Below, piece after piece: positions 1-8,713 of a stretch of DNA of 64,000 nt. The notes beneath the pieces are model-generated. The model did not search any database and was not told where the DNA came from. It saw nothing but the letters and a program-made list of their open reading frames with translations. The DNA is from Candidatus Thalassarchaeaceae archaeon. Lineage in GTDB: Archaea > Thermoplasmatota > Poseidoniia > Poseidoniales > Thalassarchaeaceae. The position numbers and the translations under genes are program-made. Each line of letters starts with the position of its first letter. Position 1 is the first letter of the stretch. Location of the stretch: NCBI GenBank assembly GCA_030749075.1, contig JASMKR010000042.1, positions 14,972-78,971 of the forward strand, in the 5' to 3' direction.

Positions 1-397
1 CAGAGTTGCGCCCGATCGCTTGGCCCTCCTCGATGCCGTGGAGGTCAACTGGGCATCTCCGGGAGATGCCGCAATCGAGGCAGCAGGAAAGCTAGCCATG
101 CAAACCGGTGACATAGCCGGACTCTCGTCCACCGACCTAAATCTCCTTGCTTTGGCGATGGAGCATGAGGCTATCCTGTTCACCGACGACTACCGGCTGC
201 AAAACCTATGTGGGAAGGGGGGGATTCCCTGGGCCTCGGTCTCAACCAGGGGAATCAGTGCAATCTGGTCGTGGGAAGTCAGATGCTCGGGATGCGGGGT
301 CGAACAAGAAATACCGTCGCAAACCCCTTTGACAAAGGGGGACATCGGGACCTGTTACGTCTGCGGATCACCGCTTAGAATCAAGCGTAAGATGTAA
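1..397 (+). CDS. nob1: Nob1-like endoribonuclease (C-terminal half of the PIN domain plus zinc ribbon); the 5' end lies upstream of the window
   Basis: The frame is open from the window edge to TAA at 395-397. A PIN-type segment LSSTDLNLLALAMEHEAILFTDDYRLQN is followed by a CSGC...CYVC zinc ribbon, which is the archaeal Nob1 layout. Confidence 0.7.
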   Translation, partial: RVAPDRLALLDAVEVNWASPGDAAIEAAGKLAMQTGDIAGLSSTDLNLLALAMEHEAILFTDDYRLQNLCGKGGIPWASVSTRGISAIWSWEVRCSGCGVEQEIPSQTPLTKGDIGTCYVCGSPLRIKRKM

Positions 398-604
398 CTA
401 CTCCTGCTCGGAAGCGACTTCCTCGGTCATGCCACCGCGATCCATGTCGTCCATGGAATCTAGGCCTGTGGCCTGATCCAAGCCCTTCTGAAACTCGCCC
501 TTGGCACGTCCTACATTTCGAGCGAGCTCGGGAATCCTCTTCGCCCCGAATAGGAAAATCGCTATTCCAACGAGGAATACCATCTCAGTTGGTCCAAGGG
601 CCAT
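398..604 (-). CDS. tatA: Sec-independent (Tat) translocase subunit TatA/E
   Basis: 68 aa with one N-terminal TM helix, then FGAKRIPELARNVGRAKGEF (TatA hinge and amphipathic helix consensus) and an acidic tail. Confidence 0.85.
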   Translation of the reverse strand: MALGPTEMVFLVGIAIFLFGAKRIPELARNVGRAKGEFQKGLDQATGLDSMDDMDRGGMTEEVASEQE

Positions 605-659
605 GCTATCGACTACAGGTGGAAGGGTCCTCGTTCAAATGCTTCGGCAGAATGAACTG

Positions 660-968
660 TCACCCACCGGAAACAGGTGGGAGGAATGCAATCTCAGCGG
701 CATCGTTGAGCATCGAATCAAGATTAGAGGTGATATTGCCGTCAATTGCGACTCTGAGGCCGGATTCTATCATGTCCACTAGTTGGAATCTCTCGGCCAA
801 TTGCAGCGCAGTGGTTCCCTCTTCTAGGGCTACTTCGATTTCCCTCGCACCGACCTTCTCTGCCAGGGGGCCGAACATCAGCATCTTGACCTTGATGGCG
901 CATCCGAGTTCAGAGTCGTCAATCACATGTTTCGGAGTCAATCGGTTAACTTCAATGCACCTGCCCAA
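660..968 (-). CDS. MoaD/ThiS-family ubiquitin-like small modifier (SAMP-like) with C-terminal di-glycine
   Basis: The C-terminus DAAEIAFLPPVSGG is the canonical MoaD beta-grasp end. The IKVKMLMFGPLAEKVG start of the fold is preceded by about 24 extra residues if ATG 968 is used. Confidence 0.8.
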   Translation of the reverse strand: MGRCIEVNRLTPKHVIDDSELGCAIKVKMLMFGPLAEKVGAREIEVALEEGTTALQLAERFQLVDMIESGLRVAIDGNITSNLDSMLNDAAEIAFLPPVSGG

Positions 969-1005
969 TTATTAGCCGTCTTAACTAATCGAGGTAGGGA
1001 TTTGA

Positions 1006-1710
1006 ATGCTCGAGGCTGTGGTCTTCGACTGCGATGGCGTTCTCGCCGATAATGGATCTTCTTGGCAAATCATTCACCAACGTTTCGGTACTGAAAATGA
1101 CAAGGCGCTTTCTGGCAATATTACCCTAGATCTTTTTCTGGACGGCAAAATATCAGAGGCGGATTTCGTCGAGGACGACATTCGCAGATGGAGAGCGGTG
1201 CAACCGGAGATACACAGGGACGATATTGCTCGCTGCTACAGTGGTTTCAGCCTGATGGATGGCGCCCGTGATGTGGTCGAGGAGTTGCGGTCTAGAGGGG
1301 TCTTCGTAGCAATAATATCCTCGGGAGTGGATCTTTTCGTCGGCGCGATAGCGGGCATGCTCAAGGTCGACGACTGGGCTGCGAACGGCTTTGAATGGGA
1401 TGATGAGGGGTGGCTGGTGAAGGGCCTCCCGACCAGAGTCTTCTCTCACAATAAGGGCCTCATGGTGGAGAAGCTAGTTGAAATCAACGGATTCACGCCC
1501 GCAGGCGTCGTTTGTGTCGGGGACTCGAGCACCGATCTGTCCATGCAGATTGAAGGGTCCAGATTCATCGGTTTCAACCCTGCTAGGCAACGAGCGATCG
1601 GCGCTTTCGAGAGTGCGGGCGTCCCCATTGTGGCCAAAAAGAACCTAAAGGAAATCTGGCCTCATTTGTACCCTGGGGAGGGGTTTCCCGGTTCAAGCGA
1701 ACGGGATTGA
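1006..1710 (+). CDS. HAD-superfamily hydrolase, phosphoserine-phosphatase-like subfamily
   Basis: Motif I VVFDCDGVL, motif II IISSG and motif IV CVGDSSTD, in HAD-IB-like spacing. Confidence 0.75.
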   Translation: MLEAVVFDCDGVLADNGSSWQIIHQRFGTENDKALSGNITLDLFLDGKISEADFVEDDIRRWRAVQPEIHRDDIARCYSGFSLMDGARDVVEELRSRGVFVAIISSGVDLFVGAIAGMLKVDDWAANGFEWDDEGWLVKGLPTRVFSHNKGLMVEKLVEINGFTPAGVVCVGDSSTDLSMQIEGSRFIGFNPARQRAIGAFESAGVPIVAKKNLKEIWPHLYPGEGFPGSSERD

Positions 1711-3384
1711 GGCTGTGGCGTATGTGTGCAGGTTAACCACAGTCAAGATGCAGGGCTTGGGTTGGAATCCCAGCATCCTCTGGAAGTCGGTTTGGTCCTG
1801 CCACGTGGAACTGTGAACTATGGTTGTGCCCTTATGGCTTCCAACGAAGTGCCCATGCACGTGCCCGGTTACGAAAATATCGGGAATCACCGGAATGACT
1901 AACCTGTCCTCGGGCTCGGGTGAGAGGGGCGTCTTCCCACCCCATGATGGGGCTAGGTGCCGTCTTTCTAGCATGGCGCGCATCGCCATCTCCGGCTTCG
2001 AGTAGGTTACTGACCTTAGAGTAGCGACGAAGTCGTCGATGCTCTTGCCGTGGTATGAAAGGATTCTCACACCATGAAGGCTGAAGTCACAGGGATTGCC
2101 TACGAAAACAGTGTTTGAGTAGTCCTGTTGGACCTCTGGATCGAGTGCTGGTTGCGGTTCTGCGGGCCTGACCGCGTCGTGGTTTCCTGGGAGCATGATT
2201 ACATCGACCCAATCGGGAACGTCCTCTAGGATTCTCGCTAGCTCCCCATACTGCTTGAACAGATCCTTGATTGAAAGATGCCTCTCTTGACCAGGGTATA
2301 TTCCCACGCCATCGACGCCATCGCCACTCAAGACAAAGTACTTGACCGTACGAGCCAGTGGGTCGGTATTGAACCATCGAATGAGCTTCTCCCACTGCGA
2401 GGAGAGGAAGGTCTTGCTACCTAGATGGATGTCGGAGAGGAACGCGGCCGAGATGGCTGATTCCTTACCTGCCTGTTCCTTGGAGTGGTTTCCCAAGGGG
2501 GGTTTGTGGATGTCCCTGACCCAGAATGGGGAGTCCCTATCGCCTGACAGGAAATATCCGCTCGCCCCGATGATCTCGTCATCCATGAGTCCGTCCAACG
2601 AGGGGTGAAGTGGGGTGGCGTCCGAAGGGGGGTTGAGCAGGCACGAAATCTGCGCAGACTCGTCCTCGACCACAAATCTGAGTTTTCCAGTGCGTGTCCA
2701 TCTCACCTCACTAACCAGCCCTACTATTGTGATTTCGTAGTCCTTGGAGTTGTGGCGCTGGCGGTTCCTCCAAGCTTCGACATTGCTAGTGGGCCTTCGA
2801 GGGAGGGTCCTCGAAGTCAGCATCATGTCTCGAATCTGAGACAAGCGACTCCTGAAGCATAACTGGATGTCGCTCAGCCTTCCCTCGGTCGTCGATTGCC
2901 CTGTGATGTCGAAGTGGACTTGAATCTCCGCATCGATATCCCTAGCCTCCATAGGGAAGTCCTCGGCGCTGTAGTTGGACGAGAATTGGGGCTTGGGTGG
3001 CGGAGAAGGGGGCGTCGAGCGAACCGGCGCTAGCGCCCTTCCTATCGGGGACTCGCTCTCCGACTCTGACAAGGTTGTCTGGGAGGTGATGGTGACAGGG
3101 GATTCCTCGATTGATTGCTCACTTGGTACGATGGCCATCAGTTCATCAATCGTGCTCTCATTAAGGAGGTGGACCCCGGATGAATTAGCTGCCTCTATCA
3201 GCGGGAGGAGGCTCGGTAGTTCCTCAATCCTCCCGCGGGCGCTGGCTTGGGCCAGAAGGCCGGCAGCGGCGAGTGTTTGGCACCTCTCTTGCCAGGTCCC
3301 GGAGGCCATGCGCCCACTATCAAGTGGGGACGCCCATGATGGTATCGTTTGTGGCAGTTGAGTTAGGGGTGCTACTCGTCCCAA
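1693..3384 (-). CDS. dp1: DNA polymerase D (Pol II) small subunit DP1
   Basis: Calcineurin-like phosphoesterase motifs FVLSGDGVDG, MLPGNHDA and VTGHVHGH sit after an OB-fold-like region and a Ser/Pro-rich linker. The start is uncertain: ATG at 3309 is an alternative to 3384. Confidence 0.85.
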   Translation of the reverse strand: MGRVAPLTQLPQTIPSWASPLDSGRMASGTWQERCQTLAAAGLLAQASARGRIEELPSLLPLIEAANSSGVHLLNESTIDELMAIVPSEQSIEESPVTITSQTTLSESESESPIGRALAPVRSTPPSPPPKPQFSSNYSAEDFPMEARDIDAEIQVHFDITGQSTTEGRLSDIQLCFRSRLSQIRDMMLTSRTLPRRPTSNVEAWRNRQRHNSKDYEITIVGLVSEVRWTRTGKLRFVVEDESAQISCLLNPPSDATPLHPSLDGLMDDEIIGASGYFLSGDRDSPFWVRDIHKPPLGNHSKEQAGKESAISAAFLSDIHLGSKTFLSSQWEKLIRWFNTDPLARTVKYFVLSGDGVDGVGIYPGQERHLSIKDLFKQYGELARILEDVPDWVDVIMLPGNHDAVRPAEPQPALDPEVQQDYSNTVFVGNPCDFSLHGVRILSYHGKSIDDFVATLRSVTYSKPEMAMRAMLERRHLAPSWGGKTPLSPEPEDRLVIPVIPDIFVTGHVHGHFVGSHKGTTIVHSSTWQDQTDFQRMLGFQPKPCILTVVNLHTYATASIPFA

Positions 3385-4067
3385 TCAGTCAGCGATGCTA
3401 GATCGACGTTCTTCAGTGACTGGGCAACGGTGCTCTTGGCGGATACCCAAGCGATTACGCCCTCCCACTCCTCTGACTTCGGGTCGAGGTTCTCGGTTCC
3501 CTCCTCACCGGGGGCCTTGGGCTTGGAGGAATCCATTTTCCCAGTAGGTGATGTTCCCTTCTCACCATCATTGGCCCTATCGAGGGCCTCTATTGCGAGT
3601 CGTAGAGCAAAGGATGCGAACGACCTCTTGTTATCGAGCCTGTCATTTTCGCCGAAATCCATCCTCCTGACGAGAAAATAATCCTCCGCGATGACTGCGA
3701 CGTGCACTCGGCCCACTTCCTTGCCGTCCCCGGTGCCTCCAGGACCGGCTATGCCAGTGATCGCTAGTGCGATATTGGACCCTGATTTGTACCTCGCTCC
3801 ACGTGCCATTTGAACGGCGACCTTGTGCGAGACAGCACCCGAATCGCCTTCGTCTAAGGAAGATCTCTCGACACCGAGCTCCCTAATCTTCGACTCATTA
3901 GAATAAACTATCCAGCCTTGCTTGTACCAAGAGCTGGCTCCAGAGATATCAGTCAGGATGGAAGCGATCAAACCGCCGGTGCATGACTCAGCAGTAGAGA
4001 TGGTCCACCCAAGCTTGCGAAGGCGATGCGTCAACCTAGACGCCAGGGCTGCAGCCTCCTCGACCAC
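3372..4067 (-). CDS. cinA: CinA C-terminal domain / PncC-type nicotinamide-nucleotide amidohydrolase with a charged C-terminal tail
   Basis: STAESCTGGLIASILTD...GASSWY...GWIVYSNESK and GIAGPGG motifs of the CinA/PncC family. The last ~70 aa are a Lys/Glu/Pro-rich extension. Confidence 0.8.
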   Translation of the reverse strand: MVEEAAALASRLTHRLRKLGWTISTAESCTGGLIASILTDISGASSWYKQGWIVYSNESKIRELGVERSSLDEGDSGAVSHKVAVQMARGARYKSGSNIALAITGIAGPGGTGDGKEVGRVHVAVIAEDYFLVRRMDFGENDRLDNKRSFASFALRLAIEALDRANDGEKGTSPTGKMDSSKPKAPGEEGTENLDPKSEEWEGVIAWVSAKSTVAQSLKNVDLASLTDWDE

Positions 4068-4155
4068 GAAATACAGTCATGGTATCTACTATTGACCTTT
4101 TCAGTCACATTTTCGATGAACAATGAATCAAATCTAAACTTTGATTCCCTCAGGA

Positions 4156-4231
4156 TGGTGGGTCCGGCAGGAATTGAACCTGCGATCTTCGCTTTGTAAG
4201 AGCGACGTCATAACCCCTAGACCACGGACCC
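4156..4231 (-). tRNA. tRNA-Val: tRNA-Val, anticodon UAC, CCA encoded
   Basis: Hand-folded cloverleaf: acceptor GGGTCCG/CGGACCC, anticodon arm TCGCT-CTTACAA-AGCGA, T arm GCAGG-TTCAATT-CCTGC, discriminator A, then CCA. Length 76 nt. Confidence 0.9.
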
Positions 4232-4289
4232 TGAGAGGTCCGAAGAGCAATGCATTCAAATCCCCTATGGTCAATATTGCGGTCTGAGG

Positions 4290-5291
4290 GTGGGGATGCC
4301 AATGATGACCGACTTGCTCGAGAGGCTGAGTTCTGCGGGCTTGCCTCTCAACGAAACGATTACTGGGGCGATGACGTCAATCGATCCTGCTGACTTCACT
4401 GACTTTCATCTCGAGCCGTTCTGGAATGACCGCCCCGTTCCCTTCCTATTCACTGATTTTGGTGCCACTAGGACCATCTCGGCCCCCCATATGATCGTCA
4501 CGCTGCTGCATCATCTAGAGGTTCACGAGGGACAGCACATTCTGCTCATTGGATCCAAGGGGGGTTATCTGGCATCTCTACTCGACCATATAGTAGGGCC
4601 CGAAGGGGCAGTGACAATCATCGAACCGCATCAGGAAGTTCGGATGCACACTGAGGAGAGGCTCGAGATGCATACTCAATCAGGCCTGATTAGGGTGCTG
4701 CCGCCTCACTCCCTGGGGCAACCGGGCGAGATGGGGAGATCCATCGATAGGGTTCTGATTACGGGTGCCGTCAGATCAATTCCGGAAGGGGTCGATCATA
4801 TGGTGGATGATGGTGGATTCGTATTGGGCCCCTTTGGAGGGCCTGTCCATCAGAGGCTAGTCAAGAGAGAACGTCAGGGGAATGATTGGTTCGATACCGA
4901 TCTGGGTGGCGTCGTTTTCGGGCCCATGGACGTGGGAGAATCCGAACGAGGGCCCTTGGACCCCCTGTCTCTGGCCAATCACATAGAGGATGCCCTGAGC
5001 CTGATTGGCGGGATAGTCGACATCGAGGAAGATACAGTTGATAGGGTGGAGGATCTGATTAGTTCGCTTAGGGGAATGCCTTCGGACCTACCTCAAATTG
5101 ACGAGGACTCCACCGAAGAGGACATCTTGGAGCACCCCGTTGTGGACCTGCTGATGTCCGAGATTGAATGGCTTGGGCCCCTATGGCCCCTCTTCAACGA
5201 GTATCTCTCGCTTGACATAGCCAACCCTAGCTCGCCTGACGAGGATGACGAGGCACGTTACATAGGCGGTCACGAGGATCTCGTACCCTAA
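4290..5291 (+). CDS. protein-L-isoaspartate O-methyltransferase (PIMT)-like domain with an acidic ~120-aa C-terminal extension
   Basis: ISAPHMIVTLLHHLEVHEGQHILLIGSKGGYLASLL...GAVTIIEP matches the PIMT pre-motif and motif I region. The start is GTG 4290 or ATG 4296. Confidence 0.65.
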   Translation: MGMPMMTDLLERLSSAGLPLNETITGAMTSIDPADFTDFHLEPFWNDRPVPFLFTDFGATRTISAPHMIVTLLHHLEVHEGQHILLIGSKGGYLASLLDHIVGPEGAVTIIEPHQEVRMHTEERLEMHTQSGLIRVLPPHSLGQPGEMGRSIDRVLITGAVRSIPEGVDHMVDDGGFVLGPFGGPVHQRLVKRERQGNDWFDTDLGGVVFGPMDVGESERGPLDPLSLANHIEDALSLIGGIVDIEEDTVDRVEDLISSLRGMPSDLPQIDEDSTEEDILEHPVVDLLMSEIEWLGPLWPLFNEYLSLDIANPSSPDEDDEARYIGGHEDLVP

Positions 5292-5335
5292 TTCAGAATC
5301 GTAGCGTTCTAACAGTCTAGTCACGTCGGAGCAAC

Positions 5336-6370
5336 GTGAAGCATCCGGCTTTCTCCCGTCTTCAACACAAGGACGTGCGACAGAGGAGGCTTGCCGTCAA
5401 GAGGCTCTTCGAACTGGACGACCCAGAGTCGCTCAGTGGATTCATCCCCCTGCTTAGTGATGAGGACCCCTGGTTCAGGAAGAAGGGCATGGAGGCAGTG
5501 GGGAGGTGGATAGGTCAAGGTCAGGGGAAAGTGGTAGAGATGCTGGCCGAATCCCCCTATCCCGAGCAGAGGGTTCTCGCGGCTAATCTCGCATTTCGCG
5601 GCGAAGGATGGGCAGGGGTGCTGCTTGGACTATGCGAAGACCCGGAGGCGTCAGTTAGGCTCGCTGCTTGGAAGGCCAGACTGGGAGTTGAAAATAGTAA
5701 GGTTGCCACAGTGATTACACTGGCGCTAAAGGACGAGGAAGTGGAAGTCAGGCGGATTGCCCTACGGAGACTGTCGTTTATGGAGGTGGTAGATCCAATT
5801 CTCCTGGGGGCAATGTTGAGCGACCCCAGTCCAAGGGTGGTTTCGGCCGCAATTTCGCTAGTGGAAAAGCGATTAGAACTCAGTGAAAATCCCGAGATTG
5901 AAACTCAACTAATCGCGATTGCCGAGGGTGGAGAAGGGGTGATGAGAGCGGCCGCCATAGGCGTCCTCGCTGGCAAGTCCCTAGACTCTCCAAACATTGC
6001 GGCATTAGTGCTAGATCTGGTCGAGGACGGGTCGTCAGGATTAGTTAGTAGCCTTGTAGCCGGTTTGAGAGGTGTCGCCTGGTGGAATATTGGGGGATTC
6101 GCTGACAGGCTTGTGACCTCCGCTGACGATGGACTGGTTGCTAGGCTGCTCAGAGGGGAGCGGTCCGATGAGGTCGTCCCTATACGAAATGCAATTCTAT
6201 CTGACCCATCCAAGAGCAGTTTGCTGAGGGCCAGGATAATCGAGGACTTGATTGGCAGACGGGTCGATAAGACCACGATTGAGATTGTCAAAAGCCTCTC
6301 GGAATCGGGCGAGGAGTCACTATCCACCATTTCTAGAAGCCTGTTATCCGAAGCCGGTTCACTCCATTAG
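5336..6370 (+). CDS. HEAT/armadillo-repeat protein, function unknown
   Basis: Repeated ~30-aa units of the type D-(P/E)-x-x-VR-x-x-A-x-x-x-L, e.g. DPEASVRLAAWKA, DEEVEVRRIALRRL, DPSPRVVSAAISLV. Confidence 0.6.
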   Translation: MKHPAFSRLQHKDVRQRRLAVKRLFELDDPESLSGFIPLLSDEDPWFRKKGMEAVGRWIGQGQGKVVEMLAESPYPEQRVLAANLAFRGEGWAGVLLGLCEDPEASVRLAAWKARLGVENSKVATVITLALKDEEVEVRRIALRRLSFMEVVDPILLGAMLSDPSPRVVSAAISLVEKRLELSENPEIETQLIAIAEGGEGVMRAAAIGVLAGKSLDSPNIAALVLDLVEDGSSGLVSSLVAGLRGVAWWNIGGFADRLVTSADDGLVARLLRGERSDEVVPIRNAILSDPSKSSLLRARIIEDLIGRRVDKTTIEIVKSLSESGEESLSTISRSLLSEAGSLH

Positions 6371-6778
6371 ATCGGCTGCTGGCGATAGAAGCCTAGAGAG
6401 TGGCATCGAAATCGGTGGGAGATGGTCAGAGAGCCTGTGACGGCTGGTCTTCGGTGGAAACAGATTCCCAAGCATCCCGGCATCAATCACCTCCTTCTTG
6501 GTGATGGAGTCCCTGCCGCAACTGGGCCAAACATCTAGTTCTATTGTGTCATCACCGGCATAGTCTACTGATACGCACGGAAGGCACAGGAGGTTGAGCC
6601 TCAGAGCCACCTGATGCCTGTGATGACCATCTAGAATCACCCCCGTGTTCTTGTCGATGACTAGAGGGAGGACATAGGCTTTCCAGCGGTGTGTCATCCT
6701 CTCCAGCTCGTCGACTTTCTTGGCAATCGTCCCTTCATGAGGCCGGAGAACTTCCAAGGGAACCAATTCGACCTTCAC
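6359..6778 (-). CDS. small ParB/sulfiredoxin-fold domain protein (serine-kinase SerK-like motifs)
   Basis: LRPHE...ILDGHHRH core of ParB/Srx-fold proteins, with a C-terminal PPKTSRH segment. 139 aa. Confidence 0.6.
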   Translation of the reverse strand: MKVELVPLEVLRPHEGTIAKKVDELERMTHRWKAYVLPLVIDKNTGVILDGHHRHQVALRLNLLCLPCVSVDYAGDDTIELDVWPSCGRDSITKKEVIDAGMLGNLFPPKTSRHRLSDHLPPISMPLSRLLSPAADLME

Positions 6779-6847
6779 GGGGGCCGCACGAGCCGTGACT
6801 CAATATATCTGCGCCCGAAGGCGTGTTACTGTTGGAGTGCGAAATCT

Positions 6848-8092
6848 GTGGGAGGATTACTTGATCGTCTCGGAGAAGATGACCGAACAGTGCTCAGAAG
6901 ATTGAGAAATCGCGGTGAGGCTTGGGTTGTTGGAGGGTGGGTCAGGGACTCGCTTTCCGGGAATCAGGCGGGGGACATAGATATCGCGACCACCCTTAGG
7001 CCGGAAGAGGTCAAGGAGATATTCCCGCGCTCCCTTATGATAGGCGAGCAGTACGGCACCGTGAGTGTCAGACTCGATGAGTCCAACGCGAGTGAGAGAA
7101 TTTGGGAGGTTACCACCCTGCGAAGCGAAGGTAGCTACGGCGACGGGAGGAGGCCGGATAATGTTGAGTTCGGCGACGACATAGAAGCCGATCTGTCACG
7201 AAGGGACTTCACAATCAACGCCATGGCGATTGGGGACTCAGGCGAACTGGTAGACCCATTCGAGGGGTTGGCGGATCTTGATTCTGGCGTGTTACGCTCG
7301 GTTGGGGATGCTTATGACCGGATTGGTGAGGACGGCCTACGAATCATGAGGGCCTTCAGATTCCTAGATCGGGGGAACAGGGGCGTAAGGGACCTCGATT
7401 CGAGCCTTAGTGACGCAATCAGCGGAAATCTCAACATGCTAGAGAATGTTTCCAAGGAGCGGGTTGGCTCAGAATTGGCGTTGATTCTCTCCGGCGAAAA
7501 CGTTGGGGAAATCGTCAATCTGATGAATTACCACGGCGTAATTGGCGCCATCCTCCCAGGAATTTCTATCGAGACGGGTGTTGGCATGACGAACAGGTGG
7601 CGTGTCAACCTAGCACTAATTTGCAGTGCTGACGAACGCGAAGGAGGCGAGCTTGGGGGGTTGCTCAGCGGACTCCTGAGGATTCCCAAGGATGTTTCCA
7701 AGACTATCGCCTTCCTGCATGACTGCGGGTCTGTTAGACTCGATGCGCACCCCAGTAGCATCAGGAGATTCAAAATCGCCCTCCCTGCGACGAGTCAGGA
7801 AGACCTGCTTTCATACTTGACCGGAATGCACCGTGACACCTCGGAATTCTCCGATGCGCTTGGTTCCATAGGCCCCTTAAGGGCTGGAAACGCCCCACTT
7901 GTCGATGGAAACATGCTTTCCCGAGTGACTGGATTGGAGCCTAGCAAACGCCTTGGCAGACTAAAGGGGTGGCTGCACAGGCGGCAGATAGAGGAGGACC
8001 TAATCAGTCCAGAGGACGTCCTAGCATTATTAGACGGAATGGAATGGGCCGAGTCAGATCCGGATCTATGGCCAATCTTGTCTTGGCCCTGA
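6848..8092 (+). CDS. class II (bacterial/eukaryal-type) tRNA nucleotidyltransferase / poly(A) polymerase family protein
   Basis: GGWVRDSL...GDIDIAT head-domain motif and RRDFTINAMA. The ORF is open from 6689, but that part overlaps the divergent ParB-like gene. GTG 6848 is the first non-overlapping start. Confidence 0.75.
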   Translation: MGGLLDRLGEDDRTVLRRLRNRGEAWVVGGWVRDSLSGNQAGDIDIATTLRPEEVKEIFPRSLMIGEQYGTVSVRLDESNASERIWEVTTLRSEGSYGDGRRPDNVEFGDDIEADLSRRDFTINAMAIGDSGELVDPFEGLADLDSGVLRSVGDAYDRIGEDGLRIMRAFRFLDRGNRGVRDLDSSLSDAISGNLNMLENVSKERVGSELALILSGENVGEIVNLMNYHGVIGAILPGISIETGVGMTNRWRVNLALICSADEREGGELGGLLSGLLRIPKDVSKTIAFLHDCGSVRLDAHPSSIRRFKIALPATSQEDLLSYLTGMHRDTSEFSDALGSIGPLRAGNAPLVDGNMLSRVTGLEPSKRLGRLKGWLHRRQIEEDLISPEDVLALLDGMEWAESDPDLWPILSWP

Positions 8093-8596
8093 TCAAATCT
8101 CATTGAGGTACTCGATGTACTCCCCCTCATCTAGGTGCATGTCCTCGTCCCAGTCATGGGGTTTGACGATCATGCACCATCCATCGCCGTAGGCATCCTC
8201 GTTGACTAGGTCCGGGTTGTCCTCAACATCCCCATTCAACTCTACGATTTTGCAAGGAAATGGCGCATTGATGAGCACACGGTCCTCAGTGGTCCGGATT
8301 GTGAGGAGCAGGTCGTCGACACCTATCTCATCACCGCTGGCGATAGGTCCGACAAGAGAGTCGTCGTCGTTTCCGCTGTCATCGTCATCATTGCGAACTT
8401 GGAACTCGCTGTCATCCTCAGGCTTCGTCAATACCACTCTGACCACTTCGCCGTACTCGGCTCGAATGAACTCGCTGACCCCGATCTTAACCGTATGGTC
8501 ATCTTCGTTCTCATCAAGGACTTGAATCCACAGGTGATCGAGTGTGTACTTCCTGTCATGATCAATGCTGAATTCGAAGAAATCCCCGCCTGTCAT
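8093..8596 (-). CDS. glycine-cleavage H-protein-like (lipoyl-domain fold) protein lacking the lipoyl-lysine
   Basis: YTLDHLWI...VKIGVSEF...INAPFPCKIVELNGDVEDNPDLVNEDAYGDGWCMIVKP is collinear with GcvH. ATG at 8596 is chosen because the longer ORF runs into the divergent acd gene. Confidence 0.65.
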   Translation of the reverse strand: MTGGDFFEFSIDHDRKYTLDHLWIQVLDENEDDHTVKIGVSEFIRAEYGEVVRVVLTKPEDDSEFQVRNDDDDSGNDDDSLVGPIASGDEIGVDDLLLTIRTTEDRVLINAPFPCKIVELNGDVEDNPDLVNEDAYGDGWCMIVKPHDWDEDMHLDEGEYIEYLNEI

Positions 8597-8713
8597 CGTG
8601 ATTCCGACCGGCGGCCGATAGGATGTGATTTGAAGTATTCGTTTTGAATCCACGTTTTCGCGGTTGCTACGAGGGATTAACAACACGCCCTGCCTCCCCG
8701 GGAGGGAGACGGC

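Noticed and set aside
8693-8705. A CCTCC-CCG-GGAGG mini-hairpin that could sequester the Shine-Dalgarno sequence of the acyl-CoA dehydrogenase gene.
   Set aside because: The 5-bp stem and 3-nt loop are too small to separate from chance in GC-rich sequence, and I cannot assess conservation.
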